Positions 23,829 through 37,172 of a stretch of 64,000 nt of DNA are shown here, in pieces. A program made the translations under genes and the position numbers. The notes beneath the pieces were generated by a model. The model saw only the letters and a list, made by a program, of their open reading frames with translations. It was not told the DNA's origin and made no database searches. The DNA comes from Epithemia pelagica (lineage: Eukaryota; Protista; Bacillariophyta), in the NCBI GenBank assembly GCA_946965045.2, contig OX337234.1, positions 930,001-994,000 of the forward strand. Direction: 5' to 3'. Numbering within the stretch: the stretch's first letter is position 1; each line of letters begins with the position of its first letter.

Positions 23829-26800
23829 CTAGTTCTCCTCCTCCTCCTCCTCCTCGGCATCACGGAGTTGAAATGTGGATATGGTCGGTTCCAACATTTC
23901 ACGAAACCAAACACGGGCGTGCTTGTAATGTGGAATAGGGAATTCTGCATTACGCGGTGCGCGGAAGCTACACGCCATGATGCGATCACCTAGAGATATT
24001 GTTGCCGATGGATGATCTTGCCGTAATCTTGTCTCCAACAGACTGCGCAGGGCCTCCAAACCAGTGTAAGAGTATCCAGCTTTACCAACTTTGGGGCTGG
24101 AATCGTTGTTTTGAAATGAAATTCCGAGGGCCGCCCACCAGGATTTGATTTCTTCTGAACTCTCCTTTTTCTGATGATGTTTGCATTGAATCGTCACTAG
24201 CTCACCCGTCTTGCTGTTGTTGTCGAAAAGAAGAGCAAGGACATCCCCACCTTGTGCAGAAGCTGTTCCTTGGGAAAAGACAATGCACTCCCGACCATCT
24301 TCTTGCCCGACCGAAAGGTTATGCAGCTCCATCTCCGATTGCTTTGCTAGCTTCTTTTTCAGATCATTGATAACCGCGTCGGTAATAATGTCATCACCTT
24401 TGTTGGACATGGGAGGCCATGCATAACGTAGCGTGACACGCCGCGAACGATATCCTTAAATTTCCATTAAACGCTGGTAATGTAAAGCTGTCAACTCTTC
24501 AAACTCATTGCCAAATGAAGGTCGGATAGGACAGGTTAAACCAAAACAGGACATGTATTTGAGAGCTGCTGAGGTACCGAACTTGAGAACAAGGCCCACT
24601 TGGAAGATCTCGTTTGAAGGCTTTCTGAGTTCTTTCATTTTCTCTAGCTCAATCTGTCGAATTCTCGAGACAGTTGCGTGTTCTCTCAGTGGTGGTCCAA
24701 TCGCCGTCGATAGATGATACACAAAGGATTCTGCCAACAACTCATCACGCCTTCGTGAGGACAAGTCACCCACCGTATTCTGGGTGACATAGAACCTGAC
24801 CCCGTAATCCATGAGTGGGCCGAACGATGCGATTGCCTTCAGTCTTTCCTCGTATCGCCTTTTCTTCGTTTGAGGATCAAAGTTACCGTCGACTGAGTGA
24901 AAACCTTGTCGAAGAACGGGGAGGATCCCTCTAAAGAGCATTCTTGAGTTGGTCTGGAGAACTCGAGAGAACAGCCCGTTGGATACTGCCCGACTTATTT
25001 CTGGTTTTATCACGCCTGTCTTTTCCAGATGCTGCAGATCTGGTCCTTTCATTCGAATTAGCCTACTATAGGCAGGGTTTGTTCCTACCTGATTGCCATC
25101 ACGGATTAAATCCAAACCAGTGCCCACCAGGACAAGAATGATATGTTGCTTGACTAAACCATTCATCTCGCGGTACGTCTGCCTCACAGTGTCAATCAAG
25201 CCCTCGACCAGATCAATATCCGTTGCCTCGTCAAGAATCAGTGCAACCTTACTTGGCAATGCATCACTCGACCAACAACCCTCGCTCCATGATCGGGCGT
25301 TTGCATCGCCTTGACAAAATTTCTTGAAAGCTTGTTTGAGAATCTCCCTCGCCCAGTTGTTTCGTGATACGTTTAGCTTGGTCTTCAAGCTATAGATGAC
25401 ATCAATATGATTGCTGCTCTTTTCTTTGTGAACGTTTAGGACCCCCTGCAAAAACTTATGTATGCGTGGAAACTCATTGTTTGGTTTCCTGGGGTAAATC
25501 TCGGAAACATCGGTCCTCTTGCCCTCTTCTTTCTCCTCCTTGTTGCTTTCTTCGTCGCCTTTTTTGTCCTCTCCCTCGTTCTCCCTTTGGTTTTTACTCA
25601 TGCGTAGCAACATGTATAATGGGATAAAACCACGCTCCATTGATTCAAGGCAAGAAAATACAGATTTACCACTGCCGCTTTCTCCGGCCACCACCAACGC
25701 ATACGATTTGTCGTTTTGGATGTTGCTGTCTAGATTGTCAAATTCATTGACGCCATGAACTTGTACGTATGTCCTTCTTGTGGGGAGAACGCCGTTCATA
25801 TCTCTATCTTGGATAGGTTGGAGCTGCGCCTCGCAAAATTTCTTGAATTCGTCCCTGTTTCCCTTGATTCGACCCAGTGCCTTGTCGGCGGTGTACCTGG
25901 TGTACTCGTTTCTGTCTTGGTAGTAAGTCTACTTTAACAGCTGAGGGTGGACGAGGAGGAGCTAGGGTGTGAGGAGTGGCAAAACTCCGAGAAGGGCAAT
26001 AGCGACGAGGAGTGGACTGCCCCTGTGAGATCCGCTTAAGCGGATCGAGGGGGCAGTCCACGACGAGAAGCTATTGCCCGACGAGGAGTTAAGCCACGAG
26101 GAGCGCCCTGCGACGAGGAGTCCCCCGGAGCTTTTAAAGTATGTTAGCTTCCTTTGTCACGAGGAGTCGTGCCAGCGCACCCTAGGTAATTTTCGGTCTT
26201 CCTAAGTGATCGGTTCTCTGAATGGATACTTAGTAGTCGTGAGCCTAATTAGTTTTATACAATTAAGCTTGCCCTACTTTCGATAGGGCACTAGGTAATC
26301 TTAATTGTTTTTAAATAACCGCGTCACCTAAGTGACCTCATCCGATTCTATCGGATGATTTATAACGCTTTATGTCTAAGTATCATTTGTCTCACAATTA
26401 TTGGATGCCAATCAAACTCCGAGGCGTGCTTGTTGCATAAATACTCGTAGTGTGACAGAATACTTAGATCTTCCATCCCCCACTCCTCTCGCGACCCGAC
26501 CACGAGCGACACAAGACAACACATAACACAGCAGCATGCACCAACACAATGGGAACTCCTACACAACACTAGAATAGAAAATCTAAGTACAGTAATTTTT
26601 GGGGCTTAGGTAGTGGGAGTCTGGGGAGTGACTTACTCCTCAGTGAGTGCTCAGTGAGTGGGGAAGGGTAGGACGACGAGTGATAAAGGTAGAAGAGAAC
26701 TATGTCACGGCTCTCAAAATTTACTTGCAAATCCTTTCCTTCGACGGCCGAATCGGTTGCCGCCGCCAAGAGTTCATCTGGTGACCCATATTCCTTTGCT

Positions 26801-27354
26801 ACAAAGATATGTCTCCAGTCAACATTAACGGAATCCAGATTCATCCACTTTTTATCCTCCACCAGAGCATTCAACACATACTCTAGAAAATCTGGGTAAC
26901 TCAAGGGTTGGTCGTCGTTTGCTTTGCTGTGAACATTTACGTCACTGTCACTGGCACTGCTGCAGCTGCTGTTGCCCTCATTGTCGATGCTACGACTATC
27001 GATAACATTGGCAATGTCGGCGTCTCGATTTTGAATCAATTTTCCCAGCAAGGAATACTCGTCGACACTGAGGAGTGCTTGCGCAGCATCAAGCTCTTTT
27101 TTCAGTGCCCCTGATTCTTTATCCGGTTCTTCTTTTTCTTGTTGTTGTTGTGCAAGGGACGACGACAAGATTCCCAGATTCCTCCTCCTTGGGACCAAGA
27201 CGGTCGTCGTCGTGGAACCAGATGGGGAAAATGCTTCCACCCCCCAACAAGCATTGTTTGGAACAATCGCCCACACGGCCACTACAACCACGGCCCAGAT
27301 CCATGGAGGAACCATCCTACGAGCAGTAGTAGAACGCTGCCGGCGTCGCGTCAT
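23829..27354 (-). pseudogene. Crinkler/RHS-like NTPase + REase-fold gene, copy 1
   Basis: Paralog of 40595-43162. Disrupted by CAA>TAA (24456-24458) and a 764-bp insertion. The N-terminus carries a signal peptide plus VEA-FSPS motif. Confidence 0.8.
25924..26687. mobile_element. 764-bp non-coding insertion with 5-bp TSD (solo-LTR-like or unclassified)
   Basis: GGTAG duplicated at 25919-25923 and 26688-26692. Removing the insert restores colinearity with the paralog near 42670-42690. No TIR; ends TAAGT...ATAAA. Confidence 0.8.
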
Positions 27355-27690
27355 GGTCGAATCTCGAGACACGTCCATTCTCTTCTTCATGATCGAACAA
27401 AAAAGAGATGACAACAACAAAAACAATCGTTTGATACAATTGCCTGCTGTCGCCCAGTTTGGTATAGCGTGTGTTGTTGGTTAGAGAGGGAGAAGACTCT
27501 CTCTCTGGTTGATTGGGTGGAGGTGGAGGAAGCGGTCTCTCCGTAGTCCGCAGTCCGTAGTCCGTTGTCCGTAGTCGCTAAGGTAGTCGGATGTGCGATA
27601 AGTGTTGAAGAAGACAGCAAACAAAGTAGGAGTAAACATTGACCGAGGAACACGTCAGGAAGTTGGTCCATGGGGGGTGACAAGTAGGTA

Positions 27691-28173
27691 AGGGCTGGGT
27701 GCACCGATTTGGTGTCTTCTCGGTCTGACCGCCCGTACGTCAAATTGACGTGTTTTGTGGGGGAGATGTCATCACATTTTAGTCGCACATCAAATTTACA
27801 GAACTAATTGAGACAAACCTAGGATACTCTTTGTAGATGCCTTATGGACCTGAGGTTCAATTTGTCTCATCTACCTCCCAAAAATGAGCATGCTACGGCC
27901 ATTTTTGGAAGACCTTTGCTGTTTGAAGGAATATCTTACGAACGCTACAATCAAACTCAGTGAAACTTCGCCCAACCCTCGGTTGAGAGATGATGGATCT
28001 TCTACTTTGCGTAGAAGACCCACAATCAACTGAGGGTTGGATGAAGACAGGTACCGTCATGGTGCAAGTGGTGGATGCGGAGCTTTTTTCTGCAGGTTCC
28101 GGCACATTTCGCATGTGAATTTGACGTACGGGCGGTCAGACCGAGAAGACACCAAATCGGTGCACCCAGCCCT
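27691..28173. mobile_element. MITE, 483 bp
   Basis: Perfect 56-bp TIRs (27691-27746 and 28118-28173; AGGGCTGGGTGCACCG...) with TA on both sides. Confidence 0.9.
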
Positions 28174-28914
28174 TAGTCTAGTAGGGCGTAGTCATTATAT
28201 TTCCTCCTTTTAAGCCGGGACCGCCCGGCGCGGAAGGTAGCATGACGAGGAGGTCAGGCGAGGAGGGCGAGACGATTCGTTGTACAATACAATAGATATA
28301 TTCTGTTTTCGTCCGAAGAAAAGTCTCAGATCGTAAAATCATTCGATGTACAACTCTAACATGAACGTTCGATGCAGACAACCATGCAGGAAGGGATACG
28401 GCCTTTCAAGAGGCCATCCAAGAGTTGTTCCATGACGGGACCTTGACAATTCAACTGCAGAATAGGTGGTGTATTAGAGAAAGAGAATGTGTGGGGTATA
28501 GAGTGGTAATAGGAAGAGAATGTGTGGGGTATGGAGAGAAATCCGGAACCGGCCGTGTGAGACATGTGTTTGTGGCGTGTGTAACCTGTGCATCCCAGCG
28601 ACCGACCATCCCACTTTTTGTGTCGACAACCACAGTACTTCGACCAAAACAGATCGTGGGCGGACGTGGAACATACCAAATCGCAATCGGATGGATCCAT
28701 TCCACAATAATGCAAGAGCCTTAGAAATTGTTCCATGACAATCTGCAATTATCGAAACAAGCCCGGTCGGTTGCGACACACAGACAGAAAGCGTGTGAAA
28801 GTTTCGGATCGTCCTCCTTTGCGTATATTGTGCTCTATAATAGTTTGTTGGTTCCTCCAAGAGGACACTGGTGCATATAGTTTTTGCCACGACCGTATAC
28901 CTCGAAAGAGCCAA

Positions 28915-29131
<217 letters not shown>

Positions 29132-29199
29132 ACGAGATACGATACACACGAGCATACGTACCGACGCTGGTTCCGAGGGTTTGTTGGGATGTCGTCATC

Positions 29200-29700
29200 G
29201 ATGGAGGAGGAGGAGGAGGAGGAGGAGAAGAAGAAGAAGAAGAATCAGACAAGTGTTGGTCTCGTTGGATTCCGGTGGACCGCCCCAACAGTAGTGGTCC
29301 AATGAGAATAACAGGACGACGGATGGAAGGAATCCAACCTGGGCCATCGTCGTTGTCGCTGCTGTCGTGGATGGGCGTGGATTGGTGCATCCACGACGAG
29401 TAGTGGCACAAAACAACAACAAGTCGTCGTCGTCGTCCTTCTGGTCCAGGTACCTGTACCACACAGAATCATGTTGTTGTTGTTCTTCTTGTGCCATGAT
29501 TCTGGTGTACTAGTAAGGATTCTCCTGTGGTGTCCGGCGAATCCCCGAATAATACTCCTACTACTCGTCCAGCATGCGGCCATTGATTGGAGGAGTGCCG
29601 GAAAGACATGACGCATGGTCCGTCTCCTTTGTTGTGGTGAAGAAGCACAAAAAGATCCCACAACAAAACGATTGCAATGGGCGGTCGAGAAATGGTTCCG
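29200..29700 (-). pseudogene. 5' fragment of the gene head-to-head with the photolyase (paralog of 35790-37172)
   Basis: Shares RAMRHV.PALLQSMAACWTSSRS...VGAVHRNPTRPT with the 36051-37172 ORF. Homology ends near the GGA/microsatellite tract. Confidence 0.55.
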
Positions 29701-30133
29701 AATCCACACGAAACGCGGCCTAGAAGCGGTCAGAGTGCGAATAAGCGCCGGCCGGTCACCACGAGTGAGAGGGTCGGTCGCACAAACAGACATTCGGAAG
29801 AACACCACGCACGCAGACACATAATGACAAAGCGAGAATGAGACAGCGCATTTCAAGAGCAGAACAACATGGCAATGACCCCTAAATGGGAAATGTGTTG
29901 TTGCATTTCACGAAACAGCCACGACGACAAGGACAAGTGAAACGAAGTCTTTGGCACACCCTGTATTTTACGCCTGCGGAAGAAGAAGAAGAAGACGAAC
30001 ATCTGTCAAAGTGTGGAAGCCATTCGTGACAACAACAGCAGCATCCACTGTGAGTTGCCTCTCGCTCCTCTCGGGTCGATCGTCGTACTTGAGAACCACC
30101 ACCACAAGGCGAACCGCCGTGTGGCAGACCACC

Positions 30134-32453
30134 ATGGGGACAAAAACGACAATAACGGAGAAGCAATATGACTTGTCCATTCATTGGTTTCGCAATGGAT
30201 TGCGTCTGCACGACAATCCCTCTCTATTGGCGGCCAGTCAATCGTCCCACTCCGTCTTGCCCTTGGTCGTGATTGATCCGGAAGCGCCCTTTGCACAAAC
30301 CACACATCGTCGGGCCGGAATCCTGCGTGCCAATTTTGTCTTGGAAAGTTTGCACGCATTGAATACCCAACTGCAACAACAACAACAGCAATTGTGCGTC
30401 GTTCTGGGAGATCCCCGAGAGGTTATTCCTCAAGTGGTGCAAGCCTTGAGTGCGCAAGCCTTGTTTTACGAAAAGGACATGGCCGCTCCCGTACGGGCCC
30501 TCGATCGACAAGTCCGTCAACACGTTCAGAAACTATCGTGTGACATTCGAGCCTTTGATTCTCAAACCTTGTTTCCGGTCGACACGTATTTGAGCAACTG
30601 CAAACAACAGGTACGTCGTTGGTTGTCGGGTTTGGAAATGGGAAAGCAACGATTCCCAATTGTGCAAGAAGGACGATATACTTGTGCAAGAAGGACGATG
30701 TACCAACACAGTCTTGTTTGTTTCAACCGGCATCTCTCTCGCTGGCTCGCTCGACAATGATGAGGATTGCAGGTCGCTCCATCCACCTATGGTGGCTTTA
30801 CCAAAATTTTTCAAAGGCTGACGGTCCCTCCCGAGGTGGAACCCGTGACCCAGCTGCCCCCTCCTCCGAGTCGGGACGTGTTGAGTTCCAAACTAGGCTT
30901 CCTCCTTCATGGCTCATCTGACACAACGAACAAGGAGAATAATGCCTTTGCCATTCCTTCCTTGACCGCTTTGGGATATACTAGTGCGGAACAGCAGGAG
31001 GATGGATTGCAACACCGCGGCAAGGGTGGTATCGACTTTATGGGTGGAGAAACGGCTGGTCTACAACTTTTGGAGACCATGATGCAACGTCATCAATGGG
31101 TCGCCACGTTTGAAAAACCCAAGACAAGTCCCAATGCCTTGACGGTCGATACGACTGGCTTGAGTCCTTGTAAGTGACAACCGAACCGAAGGAATCCACT
31201 GCACCATGTGTGTGTGCACGCGCCGTACGTCCCCTCATGCTCCTGGCGTTTCACTTGTGTGTGTGTGCGTTTCCACTGTCTGTGTATTCTATTCTAGATG
31301 TCAAACATGGCTGTGTGTCACCCCGTCGCTTTTTTCATGCCCTATCGGCCGTCTATACCAAGTTTCCCGCCCGGGAACGATCCAAACCCCCCGTCTCCTT
31401 GCATGGTCAACTCCTGTGGCGCGAATACAACTATTTAATGGGCTACAGTACCCCGAATTTTGATCAAATGGTGGACAATCCCGTGGCGCGTCAAATTCCC
31501 TGGGACAATGATCCCGCCTTGCTCCAGGCGTGGCGGAATTCGCAAACGGGATATCCTTTTATCGATGCCATCATGACGCAACTTCGGGAAACGGGATGGA
31601 TTCATCATTTGGCACGACATGCCGTGGCATGCTTTTTGACCCGAGGGGATTTGTGGCAATCTTGGGTACGTGCCGTAGTATAGTATGGTTGGTTCGTTTC
31701 GTTTCGGGTTGGTATATCTGCTGCATAACCTATTATGCGACGCATGATTGCCCTCGCATATAATAGGATTGTACGACCACACTCTCACTTATCTCTTGTC
31801 TCTCGTCGTCACACACAGGAAAAGGGAGCAGAAGTCTTTGAAGAATTGTTAATTGATGCCGATTGGAGTATTAACAATTTCAATTGGCAATGGCTGTCGT
31901 GTACCGCACACTTTTATCAGTACTTTCGCTGTTATAGCCCCGTGGCCTTTGGCAAAAAGACGGATCCGTAAGTATACCGCCGGAGAGGCAGATTTGGAGT
32001 AGTCCTGGTCCCAAAGTTTTTCTTGATGTCGCTTCTCACCACAAATCACAACAACAATACGACAGGAATGGCAATTACATTCGCAAATGGCTCCCTCAAT
32101 TCAAGAACATGCCCAAAGCGTTTATCTATACACCGTGGGAGGCACCTATTGAGGTACAACGGAAATGCGGTGTTGTCATTGGAAAGGATTATCCACCGCC
32201 CATTGTAAGTCTCTCTTGTCGTTGTTGTTGTTGCTTCTCGTTGGGGGCTTGGGTCGGCACACTGTTCTGACACGTTTCATGGTTCGACCGGCTCACAAAC
32301 AAACATTAGGTGGATCACAGTGTCATTTCCAAGGCCAATATGGGCCGTATGAAACAAGCCTTCGACCAACAAAACGGCGCCATTGCTGCTCCATCCGCCG
32401 CTCCGAGAGAACCAGCACGAAACGAATCGGGCCGCAAACGACGGAGAGCGTGA
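30134..32453 (+). CDS. CPF1: (6-4) photolyase/animal-like cryptochrome, copy B, apparently intact, 6 exons
   Basis: Exons 30134-30610, 30773-31169, 31298-31665, 31819-31967, 32066-32204, 32310-32453, all with GT-AG introns in compatible phases. Motifs [43 protein letters not shown] and a C-terminal GRKRRR. Confidence 0.93.
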
Positions 32454-33527
32454 CGACGAAATATATATAACGCAATGCTGAGTCATTGTGCGCGTAAACG
32501 TATTTATAGATCTATGACGCGGGCTTGGAAAGGATTCAAGAATCTCATCATGGACTTGAATCCATACTTTGTTTTTGTCGATCCAGCACACATGGCCAAC
32601 AGTTGCTTGGCCGCTCACTTGGACTGGCCAGCAGCGGTGTTTGCAGCAATCCACGCGTTTCTCCTCCCCCAAACAAGAGAGAGAACCTGCTGTGGGTAAC
32701 ATGCACGCCATTCAAAGGTTTCTCGGCCCTTTACTAATAAAACGATAGACATTGTGCTCTCATGGGACGAGCAAGAGAAAGTCTATATAGAGAGCGTTCT
32801 GGACAAAGGCTCGACGAGAAGAAGCACTAGTATAGGAGTGGCTACTTAGATCGTCTTTCAAGACAAGCAGTCTAGTCTAATACGTGTAGAGTGCCTCTTT
32901 CGATGTGTTTGTTGAGATAGTCTACTCCTTTTATAGGAATAGATACCATAGAATATATATGCATCTGGATGCCTTTTGAATCCAGTCCGTAGTTCACGCG
33001 CAGTCTTCGAGCGACTGATCCATGACGGAGGGTATCTTTTTCGCAGTTCCGATTCTTTGAGAACAACACATAACGTCGATCATCGGGATCAGATTCTCTT
33101 TTACACAAGTCCGGAAGTTCACTTTGCAAACCAAAAACCAATCCACCTCTGACAGTCTCCGTTCATGGCTCGACACCTAGCAACCAGTTCTATATACTGC
33201 ATTCTATCCGTACCTCGCGCTATACTGACCTTTTACCTACCTAGGTAGTGTCAGTATTTTTTAAATTGTTAATCCGCGCTTGCGTGTCACGTATACACAC
33301 CCGGCGCGTCGGTCGTCGGTCACATCCGAGATCTTGTTTCACGCCCTAGAGTGGTGGTGAGAAAGATATAGTCTGTTCGTCAGAGATTTCACACCAATGC
33401 GCGACCAGATTCTTACCCCCGTTTGGGAGTAGATCGTGTGTTCCCGCACTCTCGGAACTTTTAGGAAGAGCTCAGAGCTCTCTCTTCTCGAGTTCAGCAT
33501 TGTTGGAAGGATAAGAAAATCGACACA

Positions 33528-34205
33528 ATGGTGGGTGTTGGACCAGAGGATGCTATAGCGTCGTTTATGAAGACCAATGGCAATGGACTTCGCAAGCGAG
33601 TTTCCCCAGTTCGTACCAGCAGCGATGGCGTCAAATACAAATTTTGTTATCTGTGCAAGACTAAATACAAGGAATCAGAAGATCACGAAAAATCGTATCA
33701 ACACGAGCTCTGCGGCCGGAAAGTATCGGCTCGTATGAACACGATTCTTCAAGTTCGTGATGACGCTCGGTTCCTACCTTCAAATATTGAGAGAAGCTTG
33801 TCTCCAAACGGTCCATGGAGCAAAGAAATATACGCGATGATCGGACTAGCCATCATGGAGGAGGATCGAATGATAATCGAAGACGCCAAGGACCTGTTAG
33901 ACTACTACAAGGACTTGGAACGTATCTCACTATTGGAATTGGCGGTTTGGAAATTTGCTTGTTTCACTATGGACCCCCCCGAAAAATCAAGGGGAGATGA
34001 AATCCAGTGACGATTGGAGGCGTTGGTATGCGAACGGGTGGAAGGAACACAAAAGAGTTTCGTTCGGTGTAACCAAGTTGTCATTATGATGAAAGCCATT
34101 GTCCCATTTCTCCTAGACATCGAATTCAATGAAGACACGGATGAATCGGAGAATGAGGAACCTGGGAACGATGAAGCACAAGTGAATAACCGGGGAACGA
34201 TCTAG
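33528..34205 (+). pseudogene. Zn-finger + diatom-type LLELAVWK C-terminal domain protein with an in-frame stop
   Basis: CYLC...H..SYQH Zn-finger-like motif; ISLLELAVWK...IMMKAIVPFL. TGA at 34008-34010 is in frame with the downstream ORF. Confidence 0.55.
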
Positions 34206-34769
34206 TAGTGGACAACGAGCACTTTCGTTGGAAAGTGTGGAGAGTTTGTCTCGGGAATGTATAGAATGCAGAACCTAAACTGTATCTTGTTGGGATGTGC
34301 ATATCATGTGATAACCCTCTACAAGACTTTTTGCTCTTGGTGTCCACTTTGTCTTGATCTTTGCCAGTATCATTATGCCGGGTCCCGCCAAGTTCGCGAA
34401 TAGCCCGTTTCTGCATGCCTGAAGTGAATGATGGAGTCATTCCATCAACCCATCTTTGTGTTGGTTTGGTTTGGTTCCCTCTTGGCCATTGTGGGATTGG
34501 CCTTGATCACCATGATTTCATCATGGCTGTTCTTTGGGATCGACGAAGACTCGTCGACCATGCTGACCGAGGTCCTTTTGATTCTGACTACCACTGGAAT
34601 GCGGCCGTCAAGATTGTTCGAACGAGATCATTTTGAACAATGGAGACGTGGCGTAAGAAGGAAGGAACTAGAGACAACTGACTTGAAACAATATTCTTGA
34701 TGAGTGAGTTGATCTCTTTGTGCTCTCTTTCTCTCGTCTCTCTGGATTGTGTCCATGATGGGAGACTCG

Positions 34770-35165
34770 ACACGAGAAAATCCACCAAGACCGATTTGAG
34801 TTTGGTTTGTCCCGATTTGAAATCGTCGCCGCCAATCAAGACGCCATGTCGTTCGGCCAATTGAACGACGCCGGGAACCAAGGTATTTTGGGGCGACCCA
34901 TTGACAAAGGGGGCCTGTTCCAAAATGGAGGCAATGGCAAACAAGGTGGACGGACTCACTTCCGTATCGTTGCCTTGTTCCAAGGCTTGCAACAAGTGAT
35001 CGGCGGTATCATGAACGCCCGGTTGAATTTCACAAAAACGTTCGGTATTGGCCGTCCACACAACCGTGACATGATCCAAGTCATGTTGGGCCTTGAACTG
35101 GGCAATGTCGCGTCGAATGTGTTGGACTTTTTCCCATTTGGTCATGTCCGGTGGCAATACGTTCG
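34770..35165 (-). pseudogene. INO1: Internal fragment of myo-inositol-1-phosphate synthase
   Basis: VVWTANTERF, SPSTLFAIASILE, NGSPQNT, IGGDDFKSGQTKLKSVLVDFLVS. Both ends are missing. Confidence 0.92.
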
Positions 35166-35379
35166 TCATACCACTACTATACTTATTCGGGTCCCACGCG
35201 TGGTTCGATCATCGTCGACGCAGAGACTCTCGTGTCGTCACCCAATAGATTGAGAGATGCTCGGATCGCAAGAATTTTCATTCTCGCTGTAGTCGCGACG
35301 TTGGTTTGTTGCTTGTTGAAGAGAAGCAACAGGGTCATTTGTGGGTACACGACCGACGCGAGAGGGTAAAAATCTTGCT

Positions 35380-35778
35380 TGGAGGCAACGACGACGAGAG
35401 GAACGAGAGCCAAGGCTTGTTGGGCATCGTGTTCGGCCTTTTCTGGTTGTCCCAATTTCAAAAAGCATGCTGCCCGAATGGCGTACACGACATCGCGTGG
35501 AAACAGACTTGATGAAGAATCGCCTAATTCGTCCGCCTTGTCGAAGCCAAACTATACAACAAAATGGCTTGTCCATATTCCCCGGCACCAAAGGCTTCAT
35601 TCCCTCGAGTCTTGTTTTGTTGACATTCATTGACAATGGCTTGCACATGCGGCAACACAACTTTTTGTACCTCTTCTTCTTCGGCTGTTGTTGTCGTGTT
35701 GTTGCTGATGGTTTGGGTCACGAGTGGATTGCCGTCCTTGTCCTGGAATTGAATCATGTCCTGTGTCATGGTAATCAC
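35380..35778 (-). pseudogene. TPR-repeat protein fragment
   Basis: KTRGNEAFGAGEYGQAILLYSLA, a 1-bp frameshift, then YAIRAACFLKLGQPEKAEHDAQQAL. Confidence 0.75.
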
Positions 35779-35789
35779 ATCAAGGGTCG

Positions 35790-37172
35790 CGGCGACAAGG
35801 CATGGAGCGACGTTGCCTCGTCTCGAATTTATTGCAAGACGGTTTCATCCCGGATCTGGTCCTTGGTTGGGCGCTTGTTGTTGTCATGGCTGGTTGGTGG
35901 TGGCGGTTTGCAGGTTCCCGCCACGTGGTAAAAGGCTTGCACATTGGGTCCGACCAGGCCGGAAGCGGCGACTTTTTCCACCACGTGTCGAATATCGCGG
36001 ACGCGATGTGACACTCGAGGTCCCGTGCGTTGCAATTCCAACCCACAAATCTACAGTTGGTCGTACAAACTGCCGCGCGTGACACCGGCCACGGCTAGAC
36101 AAAACAGGGTATCGGCGGCCGTCCGGCCTCGGACATCGGTCCCCAAGGTTTGCTGCAATCGACGGTGCAGTTGATCCACGTGGGCCGTGACTACGGATTC
36201 GTCAATGGGTCGTTGCGCGTGCGATTCCGTCTGAAAATAGTCCAACAAGTGTTCTGCCAAGGCTCGACAGCCCAAATGCTGCTGCTTTTGCTGGGACGAA
36301 TCGAATAAGGGTTCCCACAATCCATTGTTGTTGTTGTTGTTGTTCTTGTCGGTGTCGACATTCGCGTCGTCGTGTGGTGCAATGATGGGTCGAATGGTCC
36401 AATCCACACCCGCAACAATCACACTACTGTTGTTGTGTTGGGCATTGGCGACGGCGACGGATGGTACCGAAAAGTGATGGCCTTGTTTGAGCAAATAGGT
36501 AAAGGGAGCCAGTGCTGGACCCAGGATACGACGACGAGTGGTTTGGGTGGTTTCGTCTTGCCCACCAAAGGAAGAAAAGCTTGTGCTTGTGCTTGATGGA
36601 GTGGCGTTTTGAATGGCCCGTTCCAAGACAAATAAACTTTGGGGTGCGGGGGAGACGAGCCCTTGCAAAATGCCATCCATGGCCGGGTCACTGTGAGGAT
36701 TGGCTGTAAAACTGGTTGCTTGCCAACAGGCTCGGAGATCCTTGGTCCACAAATCTGGAGCAGCAGGAGCAGGAGCAGTCGGGTCGTCGTCCTCATTGGA
36801 AGAGAAGAATCGAACACGTGTTGGTCTCGTTGGATTCCGGTGGACCGCCCCAACAGTAGAGGGCCAATGAGAATAACAGGACGACGGATGGCTTTTCCGT
36901 CGGTACTGTCGTTGATGGGCATGGATTGATGAATCCACGAGTAGTGGCACAAAGCAACTCGTGGTACCACCCATTATCACGTTGTGGTTGTGCCATGATA
37001 TGGATGGTGGACGACTCGCATCCTTACCATGACGGAGGATTCTCCTGCGGTATCCGGCGAATCCCCTATTAATACTCCTACTACTCGTCCAGCAGGCGGC
37101 CATTGATTGGAGGAGTGCCGGAAGGACATGGCGCATGGCCCGTCTCTTGTTGTGGTGAAAAGAAGCTCCCAC
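35790..37172 (-). pseudogene. Truncated gene, probably for an organelle-targeted protein of unknown family
   Basis: 373-aa ORF with an R/S-rich N-terminus (VRFFSS). The frame continues past in-frame stops (~36051, ~35829) and then runs into the TPR fragment. Confidence 0.5.

Noticed and set aside
23574-23993. Independent 139-aa gene (also 40343-40759)
   Set aside because: It overlaps the CR gene antisense, has non-ATG starts and no recognisable motif. Its conservation is explained by the duplication.
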